Source: Octopus sinensis (lineage: Eukaryota). Taken from it: 64,000 nucleotides of DNA. The position numbers were made by a program, and so were the translations under genes. Positions within the stretch are counted from its first letter, which is position 1. Every line of letters starts with the position of its first letter. The notes beneath the pieces were generated by a model. It worked only from the letters and a program-made list of their open reading frames with translations, was not told the DNA's origin and ran no database searches. This document shows, piece after piece, positions 25,260 through 39,209 of this stretch. Location of the stretch: NCBI RefSeq assembly GCF_006345805.1, contig NC_042999.1, positions 7,378,001 through 7,442,000 of the forward strand, read 5' to 3'.

Positions 25260-25644
25260 GAGGGGCAATGGCCCAGTGGTTAGGGCAGCGGACTCGCGGT
25301 CATAGGATCGCGGTTTCGATTCCCAGACCGGGCGTTGTGAGTGTTTATTGAGCGAAAACACCTAAAAGCTCCACGAGGCTCCGGCAGGGGATGGTGGTGA
25401 TCCCTGCTGTACTCTTTCACCACAACTTTCTCTCACTCTTACTTCCTGTTTCTGTTGTACCTGTATTTCAAAGGGCCGGCCTTGTCACTCTCTGTGTCAC
25501 GCTGAATATCCCCGAGAACTTCGTTAAGGGTGCACGTGTCTGTGGAGTGCTCAGCCACTTACACGTTAATTTCACGAGCAGGCTGTTCTGTTGATTCGGA
25601 TCAACCGGAACCCTCGTCGTCGTAACCGACGGAGTTCTTCCACC
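25260..25644 (+). mobile_element. SINE family D (full length) with 13 bp TSD
   Basis: tRNA head TGGCCCAGTGGTTAGGGC...GGTTTCGATTCCC; TSD ACAATGGCGTATG at 25247-25259 and 25645-25657. Confidence 0.9.
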
Positions 25645-26224
25645 ACAATGGCGTATGTTATTGCATGAACGCCTGGTTTCTTCATTTGCAATTAAGAATT
25701 TACTATATCTATTTTCATGTCTCTTCATGCGAAAATAATATTTAACATCGTATATAATCACACGCACACACACACATATATGCAGGTGAAATTCAAAACA
25801 TGTTCAATGTCTATTACTCATATGGAGACCACACATGCAAACACCCATTCCTTCACAAACTTCACAAAATATTAATAAAAATAGAGTATAATAACCAAGC
25901 TATTTAATAGATAATCGAACTAAATCGACAGTTAGTTTTGATCAATAGATAAATAGATACACGGAGAGACAAATGTAAATGTAGTTCGATAGACAGAAAG
26001 TTAGATAAACAAACTAAATGATAAATGAATGAGTTTATATTACGTTTTTTCATAGTATATATTCAAGATATCGTATTTACGTGTGCAAGTATTGATGTGA
26101 TATTGGTTTGTATAAAAGTAAAGTATATACTGTCTTTGCGATAATCGACATTGTAATATGACCTATTGGCAATCATTAAGCGTATAAAATAACCATATGA
26201 TATATATATATATATACATATATA

Positions 26225-26261
<37 letters not shown>

Positions 26262-26303
26262 ATATAATATATTATATATATATATGATATATATATATAT
26301 ATG

Positions 26304-26347
<44 letters not shown>

Positions 26348-26384
26348 ATATATATATATGATATATATATATATATATATTATG

Positions 26385-26422
<38 letters not shown>

Positions 26423-27408
26423 GATATATATGTACTATACTTACAATATATATATATAATATATTATATAGTCTGTTGACTATTTTTTTCTTTCACACTG
26501 GACCGCTGGTGGCGAAAAATTTCTCTTGAATTTTTGCTATATATATGTATGTATATATTTGTATATATATATATTGTATATATATATATTTGTATATATA
26601 CACACACACGTGTATGTGTATGTACGTGCGCGTTTGTGTGTGTAATATTATATTATGCTAAACATAAACAAGGATTTAATTTCCAACTCTAGTGGAATAT
26701 TCTTATCAAGACATCTGCCAAGTATCAATATAACAGGTCAGATATTGTTGTTTGGGACAGAGAAGTAAAACTATATATTGTCAAAGAGGTCAGCTGTCCT
26801 GATAAGGTGAACCTTCAACTTCTAGATTCCGATTATATGTACATATTTGTACCAATAAAAACTGGTGCACTAGGTTTCCAGAAAAAGAAATCTATCATTT
26901 AACTCGCATATTACAATTTGTAAATGGAACAGTAAAAGTATGTAAGACTTTACTCGAGTTTAAAATGCGAGATGCTTTTTGTTATTTACATTCCAAAGAT
27001 AGGGCTTTATATCTGTGTTAGAAACCAGCCCCTTCCTCAGAGGGGAAATTTAAATTAGTAAAAAGAGAAGACAGTATACCACACATACAACATACAAATC
27101 TACACGAAATCCTAGAAATACTTGGGATTTCGAAGAGGGAACTAAATAATCTGACATTCATTCTCCAAGCTTAATCTGTTAGTGGCACAGTGATATCTTG
27201 TAAGATATTCTAAAGATTGTCTATGTGAGATTCTGCAGATGAATAGATGCACACATGCAAATGTATGCATCGACAGCTAAAGCAGTACACCACCGCAAAA
27301 ACATATTTACAACGAGCAGAAACACTCTTGTCTCAAAAATTCTTGTCGCTTTGTCAGCGATTAGTTTGAACTTAAACTCCAAGAAAAATCATACATATAT
27401 ACATACAT

Positions 27409-27448
<40 letters not shown>

Positions 27449-28151
27449 CACACACACATATATATATATATATATGTATGCATACTCAGAGTAAAAAAAT
27501 CATATATGTTTTCCACGTTCGGTATAATATAATTAAATATAAATGGCGGCATAATTACTGAGAGACTTTGATGAATATCTTTTCACTTCTGAAGATATAA
27601 TAGACGTTTTATAAATTACCATAGCATTATATACACTGATAAGATATTAGGGAGAAGGAGAGGCTGAGAGAAAGAGAAGATGGAGAAACATAGCGGGAAA
27701 GAGACAACGATAGAGAGCGTGCAGTAGAGAAAGCGAAGGAGATATCGTGTGAAAGAGAACGAAAGATAAAAGCGAATTGCCAGTAGCGTTTCTTTTGTAC
27801 ATCGGCAATGAAATCAGCTATTAAGTTAAAGAATTTACCAGAATTTCGAGCGTGAATACTTGATAACGGCTTTGTTAAATTAGAATGTTGAGTCTAAAAC
27901 ATCGTATGAATATCCCTTTTGGGCAGAGATTTGTTACAGAAAATTTCATTGGTTAAAAGACAGAAATTAGCATCCAATTTAGGTCCTGGTTGTAGCTAAT
28001 TATATTCCCCCTTATTTCATAGTTAAAGCATTTTGGAAAAGACTTGAACCAACGTTAGCTTACTTGCCTAAAACTTGGAGGTTGTCTTCTAGTTTTGTAT
28101 TCCTGAAATGAAGAATCATCGTTTTCGGAACTATGAGTATCTGGTGTGCTG

Positions 28152-28344
28152 TTTGTCGATAAGGTACTCATATACGGAAGTCAGGTACACCTACGATTAG
28201 ATTTGTCGATAAGGTACGCATACGGAAGTCAGGTACACCTACGATTAGATTTGTCGATAAGGTACGCATACGGAAGTCAGGTACACCTACGATTAGATTT
28301 GTCGATAAGGTACGCATACGGAAGTCAGGTACACCTACGATTAG
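28152..28344. repeat. 48 bp minisatellite, 4 copies
   Basis: ATTTGTCGATAAGGTACGCATACGGAAGTCAGGTACACCTACGATTAG occurs 3 times perfectly (28201-28344) plus one variant upstream. Confidence 0.95.
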
Positions 28345-28426
28345 ATTTGGTCGACTGTACCATTACATGTAAATTAGTTCTTCTGCACGTGTTAGAAGTA
28401 GTGATAATGGAAGTAATAGCAGCAGC

Positions 28427-28502
<76 letters not shown>

Positions 28503-29073
28503 ATAGTAGTAATAGTAGTGGTAGTAGTAGCAAGTGGCATTTATAATTAGCAGGTATGATCTCTCTAAATCGGGATAGAGGATCTGAACCACCCAGCGAA
28601 CTTCCACCATGGGTCATAACAATTGCTTAAGGTAAAAATGAATCCTCGCTCGCTCTTTCGGAAAAATCATCTTCTGTATTGACCGCTTTCCACCACTTTG
28701 ATCTGTTTTTTGTATTGAATACGTATCGCCACCGTGGGCCACTGCATCGAACACTTTGAAAATATACTTCAAACTATATATCAACTATACATGAACTAAT
28801 ATCAACTATACATGAACTCTAAGATGGCTGACTCCGTTGTGTATTATAAATGAATTTCTTGTGTTTGACGGCTGAGCTGTCTCTTTTATATATAACTTTT
28901 TTTGATAAGGTTCATTTCAGGAACTGAAACATGTTATAATGTATATATAAAAATAAAAATTGTATAATACAGCAGCATTTTCGAACTTCTTTTTTACAAA
29001 AAATATATACCTACTCGTATACGAGCTAATCCTATTATAAATATAATATATATATCTGTCTGTCTGTCTGTCG

Positions 29074-29113
<40 letters not shown>

Positions 29114-29148
29114 ATCTATCTATCTATCTATCTATCTATTTATGTCTG

Positions 29149-29193
<45 letters not shown>

Positions 29194-29349
29194 TTATCTA
29201 TCTATAATCTATCTATCTATCTAATCTACTATGTCAATCTATCTATCTATCTATCTACTATCTATCTATCTATCTATTTATGTCTATATTCTATCTATCT
29301 ATCTATCTATCGATCTATCTATCTATCTATCTATCTATCTAATCTGTCA

Positions 29350-29383
<34 letters not shown>

Positions 29384-29421
29384 ATATTATCTATATCTAT
29401 CTATCATCTATCTATCTGTCA

Positions 29422-29485
<64 letters not shown>

Positions 29486-29764
29486 GTTTGTCTGTTTGTT
29501 TATCTGCCCGTCTGCATGTCTGCATGCATGCACGCACGCATGTGTCTGTGTGTGTTTAGTTAAACGAAACATAGCCTTCAGCTTGTACGGTAAGGCCTCT
29601 TGGATGTGCAATCTTTGCTTCAAAGAACAGGTAATAAAAAGAGGTGAAACGTAAATGTCAGTGCTTCATATCGTTACAAATGCAAAGATTTTCACGAAAA
29701 TATCTACTGCAGTGTAACGTAAAAACTACAACATTCAAGCAGAACATACTTCCGGAATTAACTG

Positions 29765-29954
29765 TTAACATTTCATATTCTCTCTTTCTCGAAAAAACGC
29801 TCTTTTCCTATATTCATTATTCTCGTGAAAATCATCATCATCATCATCATCACTGTGACCACCAAAATCATTATCTTCAGTTCCTTCATCGATGTCTTTG
29901 CTATCACCGCCATCAGGTTCCCTGAGAAATATTTCGATGTCATATTTTGCATTC
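29765..29954 (-). CDS. candidate terminal coding exon of an unidentified gene (acidic, D-rich)
   Basis: Strong acceptor TTTCTTTCTTTTGCATACCTTACAG|G. Open frame NAKYDIEIFLREPDGGDSKDIDEGTEDNDFGGHSDDDDDDDFHENNEYRKRAFFRERENMKC*. No homology recognised. Confidence 0.45.
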
Positions 29955-29992
29955 CTGTAAGGTATGCAAAAGAAAGAAATGAGAAATTTTAC

Positions 29993-30046
29993 CTGTCAGA
30001 AATTGCTGGATAGGTTGATTGGAGAGAGGCTGGAACGTCAGTTCCA
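29993..30046 (-). CDS. candidate 54 nt exon
   Basis: Acceptor TATATTTGTGCAG|, donor CAG|GTAAAA. Frame GTDVPASLQSTYPAISDR is phase-compatible with 29954, but the implied intron is only 38 nt. Confidence 0.3.
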
Positions 30047-30847
30047 CTGCACAAATATAGTATGGAAATATAAAGATAAACAGTTAAAACGTAATATGGT
30101 ATCTTTATAAAAGAAGAATCAAAATGGAAGTCCAAGTTTCCTTTCAACAAATGTTAACATCTTTACACTAGTCCTCCTAAAGTTTGCAACATATCCGTAA
30201 AGCTTTGTAGCTTTAAGACAGGATCTATGGATCGATACATACTTTTGCTTCCAAGCTAAGAATTTCATGGTAAATTCTCATTGACGTTTCCTAGATTCTC
30301 AATATATTTAAGTCTTTCGAAGGATTAAAAACGATCATTGATAATTCATTAGACGATGAGTTGCCATTAGAGACGATGGAACTTTCTAGACGTCGTATGT
30401 CAGTTTTTAATAAATTTATCAATTTCTCTCTCAGCAGACTGTGGGATAACCATCTGATACAGAAGAATGCCTCCAACATAATAATGGCACTAATGACCCA
30501 TAAATTAATAGGTCTATATCATATCGATTCAAATATCGCTATACTTGAGTAATTATCTTTAGATTAGCAATGCATAAACTCAGTTTCAGAATTATCACTA
30601 GCCGTTAAATATCTTTCATATATCCTGCTGATAATATAAAACTATCCTTTCTTTTAAGTCATTGAATCAATCGCTGGTGAGTGAATTTAATAAATTATTT
30701 ATAGAAATCAGAACGACAACGCTAAAGATTAGTCAGAAAAAGTTGCATCATTACTTTTGTGAAGATGATATGTTCCTCAGCTTGAAGTTTAGTATACACA
30801 CACATATATATTATGTATATATATATATATATATATAGATATATATA

Positions 30848-30878
<31 letters not shown>

Positions 30879-31017
30879 TATATATTATATATATACACAT
30901 ATATATGTATATACATATACGTATATATATATACATATACGTATATATATACATATACGTATATATATGCATGTATATATGTATATATATGTGTATATAT
31001 ATATATGTATGTATATA

Positions 31018-31060
<43 letters not shown>

Positions 31061-34008
31061 CAATACACATAGAGATCATAAACACATATATACATGTGTA
31101 CATACGTACACATACCTACCTACCTACCAACCATCCTACCTACCTACCAACCAACCTACCTACTTACCAACCTATATAATACATGCGTATATAGATGTGC
31201 CATACAAAGATACACCCGTATACAAATATAATGCATACATATATATACTGATATTCACAGATGTATGCACACACTTGTGTAAGTGTGTGCGTGTCTGCTG
31301 TCTGCCTATGTTTAGGTAAGAAATTAATACAATTTCATATGAAGGTATTTCTAGAAAATATGTCGCTAGTGATAATGGTACTCAATATGGCCGCAGACCT
31401 CTGATGGAAGCTAATAATAAAGACAAATACAAAATAAAAGAATCACACATTATCATTATTGAAGTTTTCTTGATATTTAAAAAAAAAGATATTAATATAT
31501 AAATTCAATTAATGGAGTGCGGAAATATGTTTTTAAAACATTTTTTTTTCTTATTTCCATTTACCTATCTAATGTAATAATCTGCATTTAAACTTGAAAT
31601 ATTTTCGTTACTTAAAAGAAACTATAAAGCCTGAAAGCGAATATATTTGAGTTACCAAAATTACATTGGTGTGATGATTGGTAATAAATTGCTAATGTAT
31701 AGTATTACTGTGTGAAACAACCCGTTTCCGTTATTTTCGTTATTAGTAAACTATCCATTATATTAGTATGCCGACAACAACCGCAGCTCTTTCAGTTCAC
31801 CGTTGCATTCATTTATAAAGTTCAGCAAGAAGTAATAACAGTGTTGGTCAATTTAAAAATTTTATATTCCCCTTTTATTAAGTAATATTCATTTTAATGT
31901 GAGTGTTTCTACGTTTAAATCGATGTAATGTCGGCAATACAGATATTCGATGATTTCGAACATATAAAAGGTTTCTTTATATTGTTTTTACTCCACCTTA
32001 CATTACAATATATCTCTCTCCCTGCTCGGGAGGTTCTCTATATAATAATAATGAAACCATCAAGACGACCACGTGATGGTTTTTAACGTAAACTAGACTA
32101 CAGCATGCTCCACCCATCATTACATGTACTCTACATTCAGAAATACGCTCGAGATCGAAAAGGAAGCTTGCTGTAAGTGCCACAGAGTTGTTGTTCGTAT
32201 CTTCTTATCTTCTCAACCAATTAATTTCTGTTTATTTGTTCAAGCTATTCTTTTATTAATGATTTAATGAGAGGAAGAAGAGTAGTGGCAAAGACTGGCT
32301 TCAGGGCCACCGAGATCGTTAGGAGGAAATCCTACATGAAATGCTGACTAAAGACATCCTATGATCGGGTGGTCGTGCTAAACTTGCAGAAAAGTTTCGG
32401 TAAACCAAGTTCCGCTCAGGCGGGAATGTTTCACATTTAGGTATCGCTGCTGGTATTCTTTTGGTATTCTTAGTATCTCATATCTTAGTCACCAGTTCTC
32501 TATGCAATAAATGATTTGCTGACCAACCATAAAATTTGATCATCTGAAAATATTTATGGTCATCAGTGTTGATTATTTCTCAATTCTGTATTCTGTTTCA
32601 CTTTATAAGAAAACTGACAACCACCACACACACGTATACACACACGCAGACACCCACACCCACATACACAGACACGCATACATCCACCACACACATACAA
32701 GTATACACACATACAGATATACACACACACACACATAAAACACAGACATATCATCTTCACTTATAAAAGTGTTAAATCTACTATAAATATGCCATTACGC
32801 TATAACCAATGATTCCAAGGTGTTATTTGGAGTTCGGTACATACAGTTCTGTTGACTACCAAGAAATACGATTCTCTGCAACGGCTACCATTTCGATACG
32901 TATCTAAATTCCTATGGTGAACTGTATCTAAAGATATGGACGGGAAAATCTCCTGCTAAGCAAATGTCTTAGAATGTTTTAGAATGGAATCATTAGATAC
33001 ATAAACTACAGAAGCCATGGTAAAGACCTTTAATATAACATAGATAAGTTCTTGTATTATTATAAGGTAAAATACAAGACTCTTTGTTTTGTTTTTCTTT
33101 CAGTTTTCTGATATTGAAGTTAAGAGAAACTTAATTAAGCTGTCCTTATTACGGTTTCACATTTCTGGATTCTTAATTACCAGATGGAAGTTGAAACTAA
33201 ATTACTTTCAAAGTAAAACTGTGTCATAGCAACACTCAGTGCGGAAATAATACACTATGATAATAATTTCTAATTTGCTATAACGGTTCTAAGTTTCAGC
33301 TGGAGTGGAACTGCTACATATTAAAAACTTTAATATATTGATCAGAGAAGTCAAGTAAAATCGATGTGTTTATAAACACGAATTCTATACCTCATATTTC
33401 ATTACATTGAATTGAGCAAGAAAGCATGAAAAATTGGGTAAATTACTCGCTTGGCATTCGATGCTGTACCAAAGTTTCAAAATATATAATAACAAAGAAA
33501 ACACTGTGAAATATTATTAAACCAGGAAATAAAACGGTTAAAATTTTAGAATCTCTTGGAGGGAGAAATAGCAGAGTGAACTGAATATATTTTAAAATCG
33601 TATAAATAGTATGAATAAGATATTTCTTGAACCGCTGGGTATTTAAATGGGACACACATACTGAAATTCTGTAGGGAGGATAAATTGCCTTCATAAAACC
33701 ATTCGTCCATCACAAAGAAGTCCCAAAATAAAAGAAACGGTAGTATGACTGGTGAATTAATTTGGTTTATTAGTCCGTTATATACATGGAAACAGACTAA
33801 AACAAATGAAAGAAATTTAAACGCAAGTTACACCACGTTAATAGAATATTATACCAGTATTGGTATACAACAAGAAACAACGCCACAAGGCAAGAGATAT
33901 TTAAGTTGACGACGTCATAGATTTTTATGTCCATAAAATGGGTGAAGTTTAGGTTTTTAATATGCATTATAGCCCTTGAAAATAAATAAACAATTATTCT
34001 TCCTCTCT

Positions 34009-34065
<57 letters not shown>

Positions 34066-34532
34066 ATATATATTTATTTAAATAATGAGGGAGATAAATT
34101 ATTATTAATTTTAATATCAATTTAAAACCAGTAGTCTAGCAAACAAAAAAATCTGAAAAATCAGAGAAAATTCTAATATATGTGTATATTGACAGGGCAA
34201 GACTGCCAGGTAGTCGGCCGCATGCTAGAAATAGATCATCAACGATCAAACTACAAAGAAAGTTCTCTAGAGGAAAATTTAGCAAACACCAGAACCAAAT
34301 TTGGCGGGCAGGACAGATGAAAATTTATCTAAAAAACAGAATTAATTGCGTACCTCGGTTTCAGCCCTTATGTCTGTATATATATATAAATATACATATA
34401 TATGTTTTTATATGTGTGTGTACGTGTATGTATGTGTGCGTGTGTTTAGTCATTGTTAAGTTATGTAGGTTAGAAGGATTTCCAGTCTGACATTCGGTGT
34501 TTGGTGCCTGTAGTTGATGATGGTTAATTTAC

Positions 34533-34738
34533 CCTGAAATCAGGTGACGCAACAAGCTCATCCGCCAGTGCTGACGAGATTTCGTCATCCAACATATTCT
34601 GTGACTCTTTTTGGCACCTAACGGCTGTACGAAATAATTTCTCAGGACGATTGCCACGGCAGTCTGAGTCATTCTGACGGCACACCCAAGTTAAGTTGGA
34701 TGCAAAATCAATTTTCGTTACAGAGTGTGTTTCCTTCG
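34533..34738 (-). CDS. candidate internal coding exon of an unidentified gene
   Basis: TATATTAG| ... AGG|GTAAAT, 206 nt, and only one open frame: KETHSVTKIDFASNLTWVCRQNDSDCRGNRPEKLFRTAVRCQKESQNMLDDEISSALADELVASPDFR. Higher GC than flanks and not repeat-like. Confidence 0.5.
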
Positions 34739-34757
34739 CTAATATACATACATGCAT

Positions 34758-34789
<32 letters not shown>

Positions 34790-35359
34790 CACATCATGTT
34801 CATACTGTAGTCGATGAAAGAGCAGACGTTAGAAAAGGCCAAAATTTCCTATTCCTAGTCGTTATACTCTGCTTAAAGAATCATAGATTTAATAATGAAT
34901 ATGGATTAATGTGGATTAATCATACTTGCTTCATCCCTGAACACAAGAAAGAGTCAACACTAGAATGGATACCAATAACCCGTGTGTTAGCTAGAACACT
35001 AATCGAAGAAACAGGCAAATATTAAGGCGTTTATATGATGTGGCAAATGATTACAAAAGTTGAATTTAAAATGAGACATGTCATATACGAACTTTTATCT
35101 GTTGAATATTTGAATATAATGTTATTAGTTATAAAATATATAGTGAAAAGAAACACCTACAACTTGCTATGAATATTACTTAATTATTATAAATTTTTAA
35201 TTATTAAAAGTGTTTATAAACTTCATGTGGATAAAAGCAACAATAACGATAAAGGAACAAATATTAAAAACCATCTACAACCAGTCTTGTAACGTGTGGT
35301 TGTAGATGTGTAACGTTCAGTTCTACAGAGGCATGCAGGTGCGTTTCCACCACACACTC

Positions 35360-35820
35360 TCCACGCACGCACACACACACACACACTCACACATACACAC
35401 ACACGCACACACACACACACAAACACTCACACACACTCACACATACACACACACAAACACACACACAAACACACACACACTCATACACACACACACTCAC
35501 ACACACACTCACACACACACTCACACACACACACACGCACACACACATACACACTCACACACACACACTCACACACACTCACACACACACTCACACACAC
35601 ACTCACACACTCACACACACACACACACACTCACTCACACACACATACACACACATACACACACACACACATACACAAACATACACACACAAACAAACAC
35701 ACGCACACACACACTCACACACATACACACTCACACACAGACTCACTCACACACATACACTCACACACACACACTCACACACACACACACACAATCACAC
35801 ACACACACACACACACACAT
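35360..35820. repeat. long degenerate (CA)n/(CACT) tract
   Basis: Direct; similar tract at 48890-49375. Confidence 0.95.
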
Positions 35821-36671
35821 GACATATTTTTAAAAAGCAGCAATTCTTGAACACGTTAAAAAAAAAAGTAGCCAAACATATTTTTGCGAAATAACTAATT
35901 AGAGATAAAAATGTCCTGGAAACTCTCAACGACTATAAAAACAAACAATATTCAAAGCGAGGTTGTCTTGTAATAGTAAAACTTTTGGCGAAATCAATAT
36001 GTGCCGTGTTTATAGTGTTTATATGTAGATTAATTAGCTAGATCCCCTATAATTAACAAAATACTGTAATCTATTGACCTTATGCAAAACTAATAATAAC
36101 ATGTAAGCATAACATGTTCCTTCTTTTATGTTTACACTGAGTTAATAACCGGGTTGTAATAAATACAAGTAATACAAGATCCATAACACAAGCTTAAATT
36201 ACTTTTTAATTAATAGATAAAGACTATCAACAACCAGACTGAAAATTGGAGTTAATTATGTGATGTTATTAGAAAGTTTATGTCCAGATTATGAACTTGG
36301 CGTTTTTATCATTATAAATAATATGTACGCTTAAACCAGCGAATATTTAATGGCAGCGATATACCATCATTAATCAGAGTTCAAAAGCCGATTGATTATA
36401 TTGATACATTCTTGATGCTTGGGTTTCAGTCCTCTAATTAGTTGTTCCTCAATTATAAGATTCGGTTAGGTATTTGTATTTTGTGCAAATAAATCCGTGA
36501 CTCTTGCCAGATCTTGTACTCCCATGCTGACACAGAACTGTGTCGCACACATGTTTTTAATCCAAAGTGAGTGGCTGCAGTTGAAACGAACGCTGTTTTG
36601 GTTGGCATAATTACTTTAACCTCATAATCTATTCTAGCAATGGACTTAATTTCATTCTTTTTTTTATTTCA

Positions 36672-37105
36672 TCTAGTGTCAGCTCACGAGCTGTGGCCAT
36701 GCTGGGGCACCGCCATTTGGTGTTGCTCCATGATTTTACATCACGAATGCTTTTTAGCAATTGACATTTGGTGCATGTGAGAGTTTGATGCAGCTGCCTT
36801 CATCTGCACCTCCTGCCGCGATGCTGGTTCATCTGGGACACCTGACTGGAAGAGGTCCAGCTTTATTTTGAAGACACCTTCATCCACCCCATGCAGGTCT
36901 CTCAGGTCCTTCGGGAGGATATTGAAGAGCTGTGGACCTCTGAAGCCCAGGCTATTGCAGTATCTTGTCCTACATCTTGATGGCAAATTTGGAGTCCTTG
37001 GCACTATGCAGTGGCGCCCAGTTCTAGTATTTGTGTAACTCTCGATGCCAAGGTTTGGGACAAGTCCTTCCAGGAACTTCCAGATGTATATTATGGCATA
37101 ATAGT
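36672..37105 (-). mobile_element. CR1-group LINE 3' fragment
   Basis: YIWKFLEGLVPNLGIESYTNTRTGRHCIVPR...RYCNSLGFRGPQLFNILPKDLRDLHGVDEGVFKIKLDLF...VPDEP, then a 3' UTR ending GGCGGTGCCCCAGCATGGCCACAGCTCGTGAGCTG. Confidence 0.85.
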
Positions 37106-37429
37106 TGATATTACTAAATACGGTAGTGATTTACTAATTTACATGTTATGATCGTCTACATCAAACAGGGTATATTTAATACAAGTATTCTTCTACGTGC
37201 CAAGGAACCAGTATATTCATTTATATTCATCACATGTTCATTTCTGCTTGAATTCTGTGTTCAGAAGTAATTTCTCAGCCTCCGTTATTCATTTAGTTTA
37301 AATTATTTCAGTTAATTTTTCATTCTGTTGCTGCATCTCAAGTTGCTTTTATTATGCGATCGTAGGTCTTCCATTTTGCATGGTACAAGATTCCTGTACT
37401 GGGTGTAGGCTTTATCGGGGAAATCAACG

Positions 37430-37612
37430 CAGTTTTGAAGTGTCCAAATGATTTATACGTTTTATGTAAACATGTACAGATTAAATCTGTGTTTTGTTAT
37501 GTAATTTAGAGAAATAGTATGAGATTTGAAGAGATTCTTTGGTGCATAAGTGACAAGGCTTATAGTAATTTGTGTAGGGTTTGAAGAAGAACAGTTTACA
37601 CATAATAATTTA
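37430..37612 (-). mobile_element. PLE ORF C-terminal remnant (different PLE lineage)
   Basis: KPYTNYYKPCHLCTKESLQI...LHNKNTDLICTCLHK resembles the C.LC..EK..I...LN...EL...C.H.K ending of many PLE proteins. Confidence 0.5.
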
Positions 37613-38399
37613 TGGTGTTTATACACACACATGAACATAAATACTTGTATTTATCTCTGTATGTCTGAATGTATTTCCTTATATACAAATATTTGCCTCA
37701 TTAATAACAATAGCTAATCTTAGATCAGAAAAAAATTGAACTTAAATGTATATTTAATATCTGAACTAGTTTAACTACAGTCCCAAACTATTAGTCCCAT
37801 TCTATTAGTCTCAATTAATACTTGATTGAACTGGACCAGAGATCCTCTTCAACGTTTTAACCTTGGGTCAGTATTTTCATATAAGTCTATTTACGCACCA
37901 TAGCAAGTAACTGTTGACTTAAGTTTTGCTATTATGACTTACTTTACGAAAACATTCCTTATTCAACCCAGACCTTCCTTTCGAAGTTCAAAATGCCGGT
38001 TATATAAACTGCCAACAATCATTCATGCCCAAGTTTTGCGAACAGCTCTGTCCAGAGTGAGAGTTTGAGGAGACTGTCAACTTTAGATATAATCACCATT
38101 TTTATCTACTCCATTCAGTGTATTGAGTTCTATATCAGATAATGTTTGAAATACAAAAAATATATTTTATCTTTAATTTACAACTATTTATCACGCACAC
38201 ACACATATGCATGTACATATATACACGATGTATGTGTGTGTCTGTATACACATACTTGTGTGTGTGTAGTAAGAGAGAACCAGAGAATGGAGAAAAAGAG
38301 AGAGAGAGAAAGAGGCATTAATATCGAAATTATATCCTACATTTATCATTTATTGTAGCATACATTTGACGGCGCAGTGCTTTCAAGAGACATTCCTAC

Positions 38400-38534
38400 C
38401 ATTTCTTTTTTCTTCATTTCTGTATTCCCTCTTGTTCGATAAATCTTTATCATGACTATCTTTAATTACATCCATGCTATTTCTGTGGTGATATTTCAAA
38501 TCTGGATTCCACGTACACAGAGAAGTGAGCTCCA
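38400..38534 (-). CDS. candidate 135 nt exon upstream of 34738
   Basis: CACAATCAG|TG ... AATG|GTAGGA. Frame ELTSLCTWNPDLKYHHRNSMDVIKDSHDKDLSNKREYRNEEKRN; phase 1 end matches the phase 1 start of the 34738 exon. Splice sites are only moderate. Confidence 0.3.
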
Positions 38535-38925
38535 CTGATTGTGTACACGAAGATTTATTTCGTCTTCTTTCCTATTGGACTTCTCCACAAAATCTGTATT
38601 ATATTTTCCCTTTTACATGCTCTATTATTACTACTACTTCTTCAACTCTATCCTACGTCTATATTTCCATTTCATTGTGTATGTTTTTTTTTTTACTTTC
38701 TACTGGCTGAATACTATTTTTTTTTTGCTAAAAGTTTTGATTTTTATTCTATGCGTCATATGATACACGTAGGTTCACTGTTAAATTTGTTACCGCGTAT
38801 ATTTTACTCTAATTCATACACCTAACCATATGTACACACACCACACATAGACACATAATTGCCTATGAATATGTACACCTGTAACATACATACATACAAT
38901 ATAATAATATATATACATAGTATAT

Positions 38926-38979
<54 letters not shown>

Positions 38980-39135
38980 AATATTATATATATAAATATA
39001 TATATGTATATATATATATATGCATATGTCTATATAAATGTAAAAACACACACTTAGACTCATGTACATACGCATACATGCATTTATATACACACATACA
39101 TACCACACAATACGAGCACCACACCACACACAACA

Positions 39136-39209
<74 letters not shown>

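Noticed and set aside
28152-28344. CRISPR-like array
   Set aside because: Head-to-tail identical units with no spacers, in a eukaryotic context.
32141-32172. 32 nt plus-strand micro-exon (CATTCAG| ... |GTAAGT)
   Set aside because: Signals this short occur by chance in 64 kb, and no compatible neighbouring exon was found.
34505-34590. TTGATGA...GAAAT and CTGACGA strings as hammerheads
   Set aside because: Stems do not close; the region is better explained as a candidate exon and its donor site.
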